Positions 11,295 to 19,783 are shown, counted from the first letter of the stretch. The stretch is 24,000 nt of DNA from an uncultured Nitrosomonadales bacterium (GCA_947085835.1 CAMTXT010000006.1:129477-153476), one strand, 5' to 3'. Notes: generated by a model from the sequence alone, not told the origin. Translations and numbers: made by a program.

Positions 11295-12068
11295 TTGTTC
11301 AAGTTCATTGGTTTTATCGCGGGTTTTTACTTTTATGGATTCTTCGGCGCGCTGTTAGGCCTGTTCGCAGGATCTTTCTTCGACCGCATCAGGGCGTATG
11401 GGCTGGGTGCGATCAACCCGTTGCAGAACGCGCTGCGTCAGGGGGTTTTCCTTGAAACGGTGTTTGTTGCGATGGGCAAGCTGGCCAAGGCCGACGGGGT
11501 GGTTACTCAGGATGAGATCGCACATGTCGAGCAGTTCATGCAAAAACTGGGCATGACGCCTGAGCATCGCAGCCAGGCGATTGCCTGGTTCAAACAGGGA
11601 GCTGATCCTGCGTTTGACATCAAACCTGCCTGCCAGCGGTTTATGGCTATTTGCGGGAACACGAAAAATCTGAAGCAGGTGTTGCTGGTGTACCTGATTG
11701 TGATGGCGCTGGCCGACGGGCATTTCCATCCGGCGGAAGAAGCGTTGTTAACCGAGATCGCAGCCCTCTTGGGCTATGACCAGGCCGCGTTCAGGCAGAT
11801 TCTGGAGATGGTGCTGAACCAGTCGCATTTCGCCGCGGGACAGGTCAATCCGGCCGACGCGCTGGAGGATGCCTATAAGGCGCTGGGCGTCACTAAAGAC
11901 AGCACCGATGCCGAAATCAAGCGCGCCTATCGCCGGTTGATGAGCCAATACCACCCGGACAAGCTGATCGGGCAGGGCGTGCCGGCAGACATGATCGCGA
12001 TGGCAACCGAGCAGGCCAAAGAGATCCAGTTAGCCCACGATCTGATCAAGAAGCACCGGAATATCTGA
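11295..12068 (+). CDS. djlA: Co-chaperone DjlA (N-terminal TM helix, TerB-like domain, C-terminal J domain)
   Basis: A TTG start at 11295 has ccggag upstream. The N-terminus has a TM helix FIGFIAGFYFYGFFGALLGLFAG. The C-terminus has a J domain, AYKALGV...AEIKRAYRRLMSQYHPDKL, with the HPD motif. Confidence 0.85.
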   Translation: MFKFIGFIAGFYFYGFFGALLGLFAGSFFDRIRAYGLGAINPLQNALRQGVFLETVFVAMGKLAKADGVVTQDEIAHVEQFMQKLGMTPEHRSQAIAWFKQGADPAFDIKPACQRFMAICGNTKNLKQVLLVYLIVMALADGHFHPAEEALLTEIAALLGYDQAAFRQILEMVLNQSHFAAGQVNPADALEDAYKALGVTKDSTDAEIKRAYRRLMSQYHPDKLIGQGVPADMIAMATEQAKEIQLAHDLIKKHRNI

Positions 12069-12110
12069 GCGGTTGAGCGCGAATACGCCGAAACAGGTAA
12101 TCCCGCTCAT

Positions 12111-12140
12111 AAAAAAGGACGCCTTACGGCGTCCTTTTCT
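12111..12140. terminator. Bidirectional rho-independent terminator between convergent djlA and the PPIase gene
   Basis: An A6 run (12111-12116) precedes a stem pairing ggacgcc (12117-12123) with ggcgtcc (12128-12134) around a ttac loop. A T4 run follows at 12135-12138. Confidence 0.75.
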
Positions 12141-12161
12141 GTTGCGGCAAGCAGCAAATCG

Positions 12162-12947
12162 TTAGTCGATCTTGGCGGATGCGCGCAGGTCGGCAACGGC
12201 TTTCTGAATCGCTTGCTGTTGTAAACCTTGTTGCAGTTGCGGTTTGACTTCGTCAAACGTAGGCACTTTCAGCGGACGCACATCGTCAAGCCTGATGACG
12301 TGCCAGCCAAACTGGGATTTGACAGGCTCCTTGGTGTATTCACCCTTTTTAAGGTTCATCAAGGCATTGGCGAAAGGTTCAACCAGGTTTTTTGGCACCG
12401 TCCAGCCCAGTGAGCCACCATGTTCAGTTGACCCGGTATCAATCGATTTGCTGGCTAGCTGTTCGAATTTTGCCTTTTTGCCGAGCTTGTCGATGATGTC
12501 CTTAGCTTCCTTTTCAGTTGCGACGAGGATGTGGCGTACGTTGTACTCCTTGTCGCCGGCAGCATTTTTCTTCTTGTCATATTCAGCTTTGAGTTGATCG
12601 TCGCTGATTGGATGATTCTTCACATAATTTTCCAAAAATGCGCTCACCAGCACCTGCTGCTTGCTCAATTCAAACTGTTGCAGGACATCGGGTTTTTTGT
12701 CCAGGCCGAGTTTTACGGCTTCCTGTGTGATCACTTCGCGGCTGATTAAATTGTCGCGAATGGCTTTGCGCAGTTCCGGGCTATCTGTCTGACCTTGCGC
12801 GACAGCCCCTTTTACGGCCATTTCAACGCGTTCCTGAGAAATAGCATGGCCATTTACCACGGCGGCGGACTTTTCTTCAGCGAAAGCCGGGTTGATCGCC
12901 AGAGCAGCCAAAATTGCCAGTGTTGCAAATTTCTTTGTTTTCAACAT
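12162..12947 (-). CDS. Periplasmic parvulin-type peptidyl-prolyl cis-trans isomerase
   Basis: The ORF is 261 aa with a signal peptide MLKTKKFATLAILAALAINPAFA|EE. The PpiC/rotamase domain shows YNVRHILV...GGSLGW...FGWHVIRLDD. Confidence 0.9.
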   Translation of the reverse strand: MLKTKKFATLAILAALAINPAFAEEKSAAVVNGHAISQERVEMAVKGAVAQGQTDSPELRKAIRDNLISREVITQEAVKLGLDKKPDVLQQFELSKQQVLVSAFLENYVKNHPISDDQLKAEYDKKKNAAGDKEYNVRHILVATEKEAKDIIDKLGKKAKFEQLASKSIDTGSTEHGGSLGWTVPKNLVEPFANALMNLKKGEYTKEPVKSQFGWHVIRLDDVRPLKVPTFDEVKPQLQQGLQQQAIQKAVADLRASAKID

Positions 12948-12989
12948 GTTAGTCCCTTTATAAAATTATAAAAAATTTCAAAAATGTAA

Positions 12990-13253
12990 TCAAACTTCGT
13001 CCGGCGTTTTTGCCTGTATGTTGAGTGCGTGAATTTCACGTTCCATCATCTCGCCCAGCGCAGAATATATCATACGGTGGCGCGCTAACGTACTCTTCCC
13101 GGTGAACGCAGTTGTGACAATTTGTAACAGGTAATGTCCTCTGCCGTCACGACTACCCGCGTGTCCTGCGTGTTTATGGCTTTCATCGACGATTTCCAGG
13201 GATACCGGATTCAGCGCAGCAAGGTGCGCGCGCATGTTTTCTATGCGGCTCAT
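12990..13253 (-). CDS. BolA family protein
   Basis: The ORF is 87 aa and shows a BolA-like pattern, SHKHAGHAG...[27 protein letters not shown]. Its ATG overlaps the yciI-family stop (ATGA). Confidence 0.85.
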   Translation of the reverse strand: MSRIENMRAHLAALNPVSLEIVDESHKHAGHAGSRDGRGHYLLQIVTTAFTGKSTLARHRMIYSALGEMMEREIHALNIQAKTPDEV

Positions 13254-13552
13254 GCCGGAAACGTCTTCCTGAAGGGCTGTACGCTCACTTCCTGGTATAC
13301 GCCGCTTAGCAGATAAGGGTCGGCATCCGCCCAGGCCTGTGCCTCTGACAGTGAGGAAAATTCGGCCACGATCAGGCTCCCTGTGTAGCCCGCAGTCCCC
13401 GGATTTTCCGAGTCCACGGCAGGAAAGGGGCCGGCCAGCAGCAACTGTCCCCGCGCTTGCAGCGTTTGCAGGCGTGCCACATGAGCTGGGCGTGACGCCG
13501 TGCGTTTTTCCAGACTGTCAGGAACATCTTTTCCCACGATTGCGTACCACAT
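13250..13552 (-). CDS. YciI family protein
   Basis: The ORF is 100 aa. Its size and sequence ([23 protein letters not shown]...DPY) fit the YciI family. It also holds the conserved position between yciB and bolA. Confidence 0.8.
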   Translation of the reverse strand: MWYAIVGKDVPDSLEKRTASRPAHVARLQTLQARGQLLLAGPFPAVDSENPGTAGYTGSLIVAEFSSLSEAQAWADADPYLLSGVYQEVSVQPFRKTFPA

Positions 13553-14094
13553 CAGTTCTGCTCCTTTTTCTCATCCACATATTTGGCCAGCCACGCGCTT
13601 TGCGCCACGATGAACACCAGCATCATGCCGGTGAAGCCGAACAGTTTGAAGTTGACCCAGGTATCGGTGGAGTAATTGAACGCGACATACAGGTTGATGA
13701 AGCCTAACACCGCAAAAAACAGGCTCCAGCTTAAATTCAGGCGGTTCCACACGCGCACCGGGAGTGACATTTTTTCACTCAGCAGGGCGCGCATCAGGTT
13801 CTTCTTGAAGAAAAGGTTCGAGCCTAACAGGATCACAGAGAACAGCCAGTACAGCACGCTGGGTTTGAATTTGATGAAGGTCTCGTCGTGCAGCACCAGC
13901 GTCGCGCCGCCGAATACGCCGACGATGGCAAAACTCACCCAGAGCATGGCATCCACTTTGCCGTGTTTGTATTTTGTCCAGATGATCTGGGCGATGGTGG
14001 CGACGATGGCGATTGCGGTGGCGACAAAGATGCCCTGAAATTTGAACGCGATAAAAAACAGGATGACGGGAAAGAGATCGAACAGCAGTTTCAT
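13552..14094 (-). CDS. yciB: Intracellular septation protein A (YciB/IspZ)
   Basis: The ORF is 180 aa and polytopic. Its N-terminus [19 protein letters not shown] is typical of YciB. Its stop overlaps the yciI-family start by 1 nt (TGATG). Confidence 0.9.
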   Translation of the reverse strand: MKLLFDLFPVILFFIAFKFQGIFVATAIAIVATIAQIIWTKYKHGKVDAMLWVSFAIVGVFGGATLVLHDETFIKFKPSVLYWLFSVILLGSNLFFKKNLMRALLSEKMSLPVRVWNRLNLSWSLFFAVLGFINLYVAFNYSTDTWVNFKLFGFTGMMLVFIVAQSAWLAKYVDEKKEQN

Positions 14095-14097
14095 GGT

Positions 14098-14493
14098 TTA
14101 TTTGTGGTCCAGGATCAAAGAGGCAGAGTTGATGCAATAGCGCAGTCCGGTGGGTTTCGGGCCATCGGGAAATACATGTCCAAGATGCGCGCCGCAATGC
14201 GTGCAGTTTACTTCATCGCGATGCATGCCGTGGCTGGTGTCGCTGCGTGCCGTTACATTTTCAGGCCGGATCGGCTGCCAGAAACTGGGCCAGCCGCTGC
14301 CGGAGTCGAACTTGGCGGATGAATCGAACAGCGGATTGCCGCAGCACACGCAACGATAGATGCCCGCCTCATGGCAATCCCAGTATTCGCCTGTGAAAGG
14401 CGGCTCGGTGCCGCATTGACGACACACCTGGTATTGCTCAGGTGTGAGCGCTTCGCGCCACTCGGCATCGGATTTTTCGACCGGTTCGCTCAC
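14098..14493 (-). CDS. msrB: Peptide-methionine (R)-S-oxide reductase MsrB
   Basis: The ORF is 131 aa. It has Zn-binding CxxC pairs (CRQC, CVCC, CTHC) and the catalytic motif GLRYCINS. Its GTG start overlaps the upstream stop (GTGA). Confidence 0.95.
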   Translation of the reverse strand: MSEPVEKSDAEWREALTPEQYQVCRQCGTEPPFTGEYWDCHEAGIYRCVCCGNPLFDSSAKFDSGSGWPSFWQPIRPENVTARSDTSHGMHRDEVNCTHCGAHLGHVFPDGPKPTGLRYCINSASLILDHK

Positions 14494-15890
14494 AGTACCT
14501 CGCCGGCATGATCCGCCAGGCGTGAGCGCTCACCGCGCAGCAAGGTGATGTGACCGCCGTGCTCCCAGCCTTTGAATCTGTCCACCACATAAGTCAGACC
14601 GGAACTACCCTCGGAGAGATAAGGCGTATCGATCTGCGCGATGTTGCCCATGCACACCACTTTGGTGCCGGGACCGGCGCGCGTGATCAGCGTTTTCATC
14701 TGCTTCGGGGTCAGGTTCTGCGACTCATCTATGATGATGTATTTATTCAGGAAAGTTCGTCCGCGCATGAAGTTCAAGGATTTTACCTTGATGCGCGAAC
14801 GGATCAGGTCGCGCGTGGCAGCCCGTCCCCAGTCGCCGGCTTCCTCGTCGGTCTTGTTCAGTACATCCAGATTGTCTTCCAGCGCGCCCATCCACGGCGT
14901 CATCTTTTCTTCTTCGGTGCCGGGCAGGAAACCGATATCCTCGCCGATAGGCACCGTCACGCGGGTGATGATGATTTCCGAATAGAGCTTGGATTCCAGC
15001 GTCTGCATCAGTCCCGCTGCCAGTGTCAGCAGGGTCTTGCCGGTACCCGCCTGGCCCAGCAGCGTGACGAAGTCGATCTCGGGATCCAGCAGCAGGTTGA
15101 GCACGAAGTTCTGTTCGCGGTTGCGTGCGACGATGCCCCATACGTTGTGTTTGCTGCTGGTGTAGTCGGTCAGCGTGCGCAGCAGCGCACTCGTGTCGTT
15201 TTGCTCCAGCACGATGGCATAAAACGGGGTATCGTCTTCCTTGAAGACGAACTGGTTGACGAAAAACGCGGCGCACAGCGGACCGCTGATCTGGTAATAA
15301 GTGTGACCGTCCTTTATCCACGACTTCATCTCGCGGCCATGGGTTTCCCAGAAATCCACCGGCAGTTCCAGCACGCCGCCGTACAGCAAGTCGGTGTCTT
15401 CGAGCACCTTGTCGTTGAAGTAGTCCTGCGCTTCCAGTCCCAGCGCGCGCGCCTTGATGCGCATGTTGATGTCTTTGCTGACCAGAATCACCGCGCGTGT
15501 CGGCTGCTGATGTTGCAGGCCGATCACCACGCCCAGAATCGCGTTGTCGGCTTTGCCCAGTTCAAGATTGTTCGGCAGCTCTTGTTTGATGAAGCTGGTC
15601 TGCAAAAACAGGCGTCCGGTGCTGTTTTTGTGTGCATCTGATTTGAGGGAGATGCCTTCTTCGATGTTGCGCGGCGCGTCATTGACGATTTCGTCGAGGA
15701 AACGGCTGACCTGGCGTGCATTGCGCGCCACTTCCGTCATGCCCTTTTTCTTGTTGTCCAGCTCCTCAAGCACGAACATCGGCAGGCAGATGTCGTGTTC
15801 CTCGAAGCGATACAGGCTGGTTGGATCATGCAGTAATACGTTCGTGTCCAAAACAAACAATTTGGTATCAGATACTTTGCGTTTGGGCAT
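14490..15890 (-). CDS. PIN-domain plus PhoH-like ATPase (YlaK-type PhoH family protein)
   Basis: The ORF is 466 aa. The N-terminus is PIN-like ([12 protein letters not shown]), and the C-terminus is a PhoH P-loop ATPase ([26 protein letters not shown]). Confidence 0.9.
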   Translation of the reverse strand: MPKRKVSDTKLFVLDTNVLLHDPTSLYRFEEHDICLPMFVLEELDNKKKGMTEVARNARQVSRFLDEIVNDAPRNIEEGISLKSDAHKNSTGRLFLQTSFIKQELPNNLELGKADNAILGVVIGLQHQQPTRAVILVSKDINMRIKARALGLEAQDYFNDKVLEDTDLLYGGVLELPVDFWETHGREMKSWIKDGHTYYQISGPLCAAFFVNQFVFKEDDTPFYAIVLEQNDTSALLRTLTDYTSSKHNVWGIVARNREQNFVLNLLLDPEIDFVTLLGQAGTGKTLLTLAAGLMQTLESKLYSEIIITRVTVPIGEDIGFLPGTEEEKMTPWMGALEDNLDVLNKTDEEAGDWGRAATRDLIRSRIKVKSLNFMRGRTFLNKYIIIDESQNLTPKQMKTLITRAGPGTKVVCMGNIAQIDTPYLSEGSSGLTYVVDRFKGWEHGGHITLLRGERSRLADHAGEVL

Positions 15891-15899
15891 GATAATCCT

Positions 15900-16358
15900 C
15901 TAATTAAGCGTTGTGATGAAATCAATAACTTCCTGTGCATGTCCATCGGCCTTGAGGCCGCGCCATTCACGGCGCAATGCACCGCTGCTGTCAAAGACGA
16001 AAGTGCTGCGTTCGATGCCGCGAACCTGTTTGCCATACATGTTTTTTTGCTTCATCACGCCGAACAGCTCGCACACGGTTTCATCGGTGTCGGACAGCAG
16101 GTCGAAGGGCAGGGAGAATTTTTCCCTGAAACTTTCGTGCGACTTCATGTTGTCGCGGGACAGGCCGACAACCTCGCAATTGGCCTGCACAAATTGCGGA
16201 TACAGTTCGCGGAACTGCTGCGCCTCGGTGGTGCAACCGGGCGTGTTGTCCTTGGGATAAAAGAACAGGACCAGATGTTTGCCTCGCGCGGATGAGAGCG
16301 TGAAGGTGTGACCGCCGGTCGCGGGCAGGGTGAAGTCGCTAATCTGGTTTTCTGTCAT
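15900..16358 (-). CDS. bcp: Thiol peroxidase Bcp (peroxiredoxin Q type)
   Basis: I chose the ATG at 16358 (MTENQISDFTLPATGG) rather than the tracked upstream start at 16430. The peroxidatic-Cys motif is FFYPKDNTPGCTTE. Confidence 0.9.
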   Translation of the reverse strand: MTENQISDFTLPATGGHTFTLSSARGKHLVLFFYPKDNTPGCTTEAQQFRELYPQFVQANCEVVGLSRDNMKSHESFREKFSLPFDLLSDTDETVCELFGVMKQKNMYGKQVRGIERSTFVFDSSGALRREWRGLKADGHAQEVIDFITTLN

Positions 16359-16543
16359 GGCTTCACTTTCAATAGGTGTCGCCATTCTTGACAAAAAACG
16401 CGACAAAGGCAAGCGGTGTGTGCAGCCCATCGCGTCACGACGTGAAACGAGTGCTGATTTTTTGGTCGGCGCGTGTTGCAGTGGTTATACTTCTGCTGTC
16501 TTCAGTATGCCGCGTTGCCACCGATTCCAATGAGGAGAGTTTC

Positions 16544-17770
16544 ATGCATTTACACTTGCACCAGGTAATCATCGGGCTGGCTCATGCCCTTGACCTTGTC
16601 GGGGTCGACGAAGTACAGCATGGCAAGCGGGTTGCCGTGATTGCCGAGGCGATTGCGCGTGAACTGGGCTGGAGCAAGCCTGCACGTGATTTCATCTTGC
16701 AGGCCGGCATGTTGCACGATTGCGGTGTGTCGCAAACCCGGGAACATCACGATATTACCGACGGATTGGAGTGGGCGGGAGCGATGGCGCACTGTCATCG
16801 CGGGGAGCACTATTTGCTTGAGTGCCCCCCGTTGGCAGAATTCGCCCCTGTTGTCCGTTGGCATCATACGCGCTGGGAGCATCTGCCGTCCTCGCTGCCC
16901 GAAACAACGCGCGTGGCGGCCAATCTGATCTTCCTGGCGGATCGGGTGGATGCATTGCAAATCCCCTATATCAGTGCTGAAGCGGGGCTGCAAAATACCA
17001 TCCTTTGGGAATATCCGGCCATTATCGAACGGATACAGGGTTTGGCCGGCACGCTCTTTTCTCCCGCGCTGGTGGATGCGTTTGCCAGAGCGGCGGCGAA
17101 TGAGGCTTTCTGGCTGGCGATGGACCCTGACTATCTGGATGAGGATATTGCGGATTTCACCATGGCTGCGGATCGTCTGCTTTCAATGCGAGACATGCTG
17201 GATATCGCGAATCTTTTTGCGCGGGTGGTGGATGCCAAGAGTGCCTATACCCATGAGCATTCCCGCAGGGTTGCCCGGATAGCCCGCTACCTGGCCGAGC
17301 GGTCGGGGCGCAACGGAGAAACGCTGGATTTGATCGAGGCGGCGGGATTGTTGCACGACCTGGGCAAGCTGCGCGTACCGGATTTCATCATCGACAAGCC
17401 TGCCGCGCTCAACCGTGAAGAGCGTGCGAGGATTACGCGCCATGCTTATGACAGCTTCCGCATTCTGAAAAATGTGTTTGGCGGGACGCCGATTGCCTAT
17501 TGGGCGGGCGCACACCATGAGAATTTGTTGGGAACCGGTTATCCGTTTCACAGGACAGGACAAAAACTGGATCTTGAGGCGCGCATCATCAGCGTTGCCG
17601 ATATTTTTCAGGCGCTGGCGCAGACTCGCCCGTATCGCATGCAGCAGTCCCGCGATGAAGTGTTTGCGCAATTGACTGAGCTGGCACGTGCCGGGCGCGT
17701 GGACGGCGAAGTCGTTGAGCTGCTCGGCCGCGAACTGGATGCCTGCTATGCGCTGGCGACAGAGATCTGA
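16544..17770 (+). CDS. HD-GYP domain protein (putative c-di-GMP phosphodiesterase) with an extra N-terminal degenerate HD domain
   Basis: I chose the ATG at 16544, preceded by gaggagag at 16532-16539. The C-terminal domain has LLHDLGK and HHENLLGTGYP (the HD and GYP motifs). The N-terminal domain has MLHDCGV and RWHHTRWEH but no GYP. Confidence 0.85.
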   Translation: MHLHLHQVIIGLAHALDLVGVDEVQHGKRVAVIAEAIARELGWSKPARDFILQAGMLHDCGVSQTREHHDITDGLEWAGAMAHCHRGEHYLLECPPLAEFAPVVRWHHTRWEHLPSSLPETTRVAANLIFLADRVDALQIPYISAEAGLQNTILWEYPAIIERIQGLAGTLFSPALVDAFARAAANEAFWLAMDPDYLDEDIADFTMAADRLLSMRDMLDIANLFARVVDAKSAYTHEHSRRVARIARYLAERSGRNGETLDLIEAAGLLHDLGKLRVPDFIIDKPAALNREERARITRHAYDSFRILKNVFGGTPIAYWAGAHHENLLGTGYPFHRTGQKLDLEARIISVADIFQALAQTRPYRMQQSRDEVFAQLTELARAGRVDGEVVELLGRELDACYALATEI

Positions 17771-17869
17771 TCCTGTTGCTTTGAGGGCGACTTTCAAAAT
17801 GCCGATTTTGTCATGCTGCGCAGTGATGTGAGGTCTGCCATCCAGCGTTCAAATTGAAGGGCAGCCGCT

Positions 17870-18160
17870 TCATCGTACGGCCTTTGTGTTGAAGTGCGGG
17901 TTTTCGATGAGGCCGAAGCGATTGCCAAAGGGGGCTTGTACCGCAGCCACCTTGATTCCCTCGCCGACTTCGGTAACAGGTTCCAGCGCAGAAGCTCCCA
18001 GTTCAAGCAGGCGGGCGTATGCCGATTCGATACCTGATACACCTCAAAGCGGTTGCGGGCCAACTGTGCCGGGTTGCGCGCCCGGCAGCAGGCCAAGCTC
18101 AAAGCCACCAACGTCCGGTATTCCGTCTCCCTGCTCTTTCGCGTTAGAGCAATTGCTCAT
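17870..18160 (-). pseudogene. Remnant of a VOC (glyoxalase/bleomycin-resistance) family gene, interrupted by one in-frame TGA
   Basis: One minus-strand frame reads MSNCSNAKEQGDGIPDVGGFELGLLPGAQPGTVGPQPL, then TGA (18044-18046), then GVSGIESAYARLLELGASALEPVTEVGEGIKVAAVQAPFGNRFGLIENPHFNTKAVR and a stop (17870-17872). The C-terminal half looks like a VOC beta-alpha-beta-beta-beta module ending DPFGN-x-GLIE. No SD precedes the ATG, and the N-terminal module seems to be missing. Confidence 0.5.
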
Positions 18161-18230
18161 TTTTGAGCTGGAGATAAGATACAAGGGGCTGCGCGCTTTT
18201 GCGCAGTCCCGCTTGAGCGCAGGGTTAGGC

Positions 18231-18554
18231 CTAGCGATGCACAAGCCAAACTACTCCAGTTGATGCCAAACCAAAATATACAAGTTGGCCAGCCATGCCA
18301 GATAGTGCGGTGATGAAAGCAAAAGTCTTGGTTTTAAGCTGGTCCATAGGCGTTTTAACGAAGACCCAGGATGAAAAAATTATTGCGGCACCTGACCCAA
18401 TAAACATTGCGATGGTGCCAGTAATTCCGGCCGTTACCACGAATGGGTCATGTGTTTTTATCCACCATTCATACGCATGGGATATGAAACTTGCAACGAT
18501 GAGCCATTGAAGGGCAATGGCCAAGAAAGAAATTATTAGTCCGTAGCGTTTCAT
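18231..18554 (-). CDS. Hypothetical 107-aa membrane protein (about 3 TM helices)
   Basis: The ORF sits in a lower-GC stretch. Hydrophobic helices include LIISFLAIALQWLIVASFI, TAGITGTIAMFIGSGAAIIFSSWVF and FAFITALSGMAGQLVYFGLA. I recognise no family. Confidence 0.6.
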   Translation of the reverse strand: MKRYGLIISFLAIALQWLIVASFISHAYEWWIKTHDPFVVTAGITGTIAMFIGSGAAIIFSSWVFVKTPMDQLKTKTFAFITALSGMAGQLVYFGLASTGVVWLVHR

Positions 18555-18744
18555 AAAAAGCCTAATGTTGAAGTAACCGGCACTGCGCGGCTTTATCGCG
18601 CAGCGTCCAGTTGACTGCTGGGTTATGTGCTTTTACATGCATATTGTTTGTATAACCCAGTTTTCATAATCTTGAAGATTGCGCGCCTTAAACCCCAGCT
18701 TCTTTGCATCTGCATTGGCTCTTTGTATTGCGTAATATGCTTGG

Positions 18745-19143
18745 TCAAATGCAGACGCTAACAGGTTTATTGAAAGTGGAAGGGCCTGCATTGGCTACTT
18801 TCAGCACTACAGTCTTAGAAACATGAATGGTATTGGCAGTGACCGCTTCAGCACGGAATGGTCCTGGGGTTGCATCTTCGTAACCTATTTGCACACTGAC
18901 GTCTTCCAGCGCTGCATCGGCAGGTATTTCCACCCTTGCCCCGGCAAGACCGGACGCAGTCGCTGGTACATTGATAGTTGTCGTGCCAGCTGCGGACACG
19001 CTTGCTCGCGCCACCTCATTCTGCACTTCCGAGGCCGCAGTGCCGTCTGTAACTCCGCCTCCTCCACCTCCACCGCAAGCAGAGAGCATAGTTAATACCG
19101 CAGCCACAGTAACTATTGATAACCACTTCCTCATGTTTCTCAT
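18745..19143 (-). CDS. Hypothetical lipoprotein (133 aa), possibly truncated or frameshifted at its 3' end
   Basis: I chose the ATG at 19143, with GGGAG 6 nt upstream. The signal peptide has a lipobox, MRNMRKWLSIVTVAAVLTMLSAC, followed by a Gly7 linker. Another frame stays open past the stop (see finding). Confidence 0.65.
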   Translation of the reverse strand: MRNMRKWLSIVTVAAVLTMLSACGGGGGGGVTDGTAASEVQNEVARASVSAAGTTTINVPATASGLAGARVEIPADAALEDVSVQIGYEDATPGPFRAEAVTANTIHVSKTVVLKVANAGPSTFNKPVSVCI

Positions 19144-19600
19144 CACAAACTCCCTAGCAGTGTTAAGAAATTGACTAAAAACACAAGCCTCACTACAAGC
19201 ACAACGTAAATGCAAAGCCCAACGTAATGTAGCCCCCAATAAATAACTCTATTTTTTATCCGGACAGGTGGCTATGCTGTCGTTGATATCTAAAAATTGT
19301 TTAATATCAATTGATTGCATGTTTTGGTGCACCTGATTGGTAAATATTTGAATCGTGAAACGTACCCTGGCGCTGGTTTAGATCGGGCTTTATGATGATT
19401 TCGAGCCATGTGGCAGTCTCCCCGCGTTGAGTGTGGGTGTCAATATGCCGAACGGCCTATGTATTTTGGCTTATGCGTGCAAATTCGCGGAATTTTTACG
19501 CATCGGGCGCAGTCGTCGCGAGTCGCTTGCGCAGGCCATGATTCCCCAATAAGCTGCGTTGGTGACAATCAGTATTATCAATACCAGGGGGAGTCAGATC

Positions 19601-19783
19601 ATGGATAAGCAATTACCAGAAGATGAATTGGTAGCATGCGATATTTGCCGCAAAGAAGTGCCGATCTCAGTGGCAAAAACACCGGAAGCCGTTGATTATG
19701 TCGTGCATTTTTGCGGGTTGGAATGTTATGCCGAGTGGAAGAGACAGAACGGGAAGCAGCAGGATGAGGCTATTCAGAAATAG
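19601..19783 (+). CDS. Small 60-aa Cys4 protein (possibly DUF3330-like; C-X2-C-X21-C-X3-C)
   Basis: The ATG at 19601 is preceded by gggggag. The product is MDKQLPEDELVACDICRKEVPISVAKTPEAVDYVVHFCGLECYAEWKRQNGKQQDEAIQK. The family name is recalled from memory, not verified. Confidence 0.6.
   Translation: MDKQLPEDELVACDICRKEVPISVAKTPEAVDYVVHFCGLECYAEWKRQNGKQQDEAIQK

Noticed and set aside
14550-15641. 363-aa plus-strand ORF opposite the PIN-PhoH gene
   Set aside because: It is fully antisense to a well-supported P-loop ATPase gene and has no recognisable motifs. This is a shadow ORF.
16376-16543. Upstream extension of the HD-GYP ORF (tracked start at 16376). The same issue applies to the bcp (to 16430), repeat-protein (to 20622), ompR (from 20522), lipoprotein (to 19239) and Cys4-protein (from 19559) ORFs.
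   Set aside because: The extensions lack SD sequences, add implausible residues ahead of clear signal peptides or conserved N-termini, and overlap divergent promoters. Internal ATGs with good SDs were chosen instead.
17794-18111. 105-aa minus-strand ORF from the track
   Set aside because: It is a different frame of the same DNA that encodes the VOC-like remnant. Its translation (…RYKPPLAIASASSKTRTSTQRP…) has no protein-like features, whereas the neighbouring frame gives a recognisable DPFGN-x-GLIENPHF C-terminus.
19283-19310. 7-bp inverted repeat ttgatat-N14-atatcaa upstream of the lipoprotein and Cys4 genes
   Set aside because: It is short and AT-rich in an AT-rich spacer, so it is expected by chance. 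I cannot tie it to a promoter or a known regulator motif.
19408-19608. 66-aa plus-strand ORF in the 19240-19600 intergenic region, and the 61-aa ORF at 8514-8699
   Set aside because: Neither has an SD. Their composition is odd (Cys/Gly/Gln-rich or Phe/Cys-rich). Each overlaps a neighbouring, better-supported gene end or promoter region.
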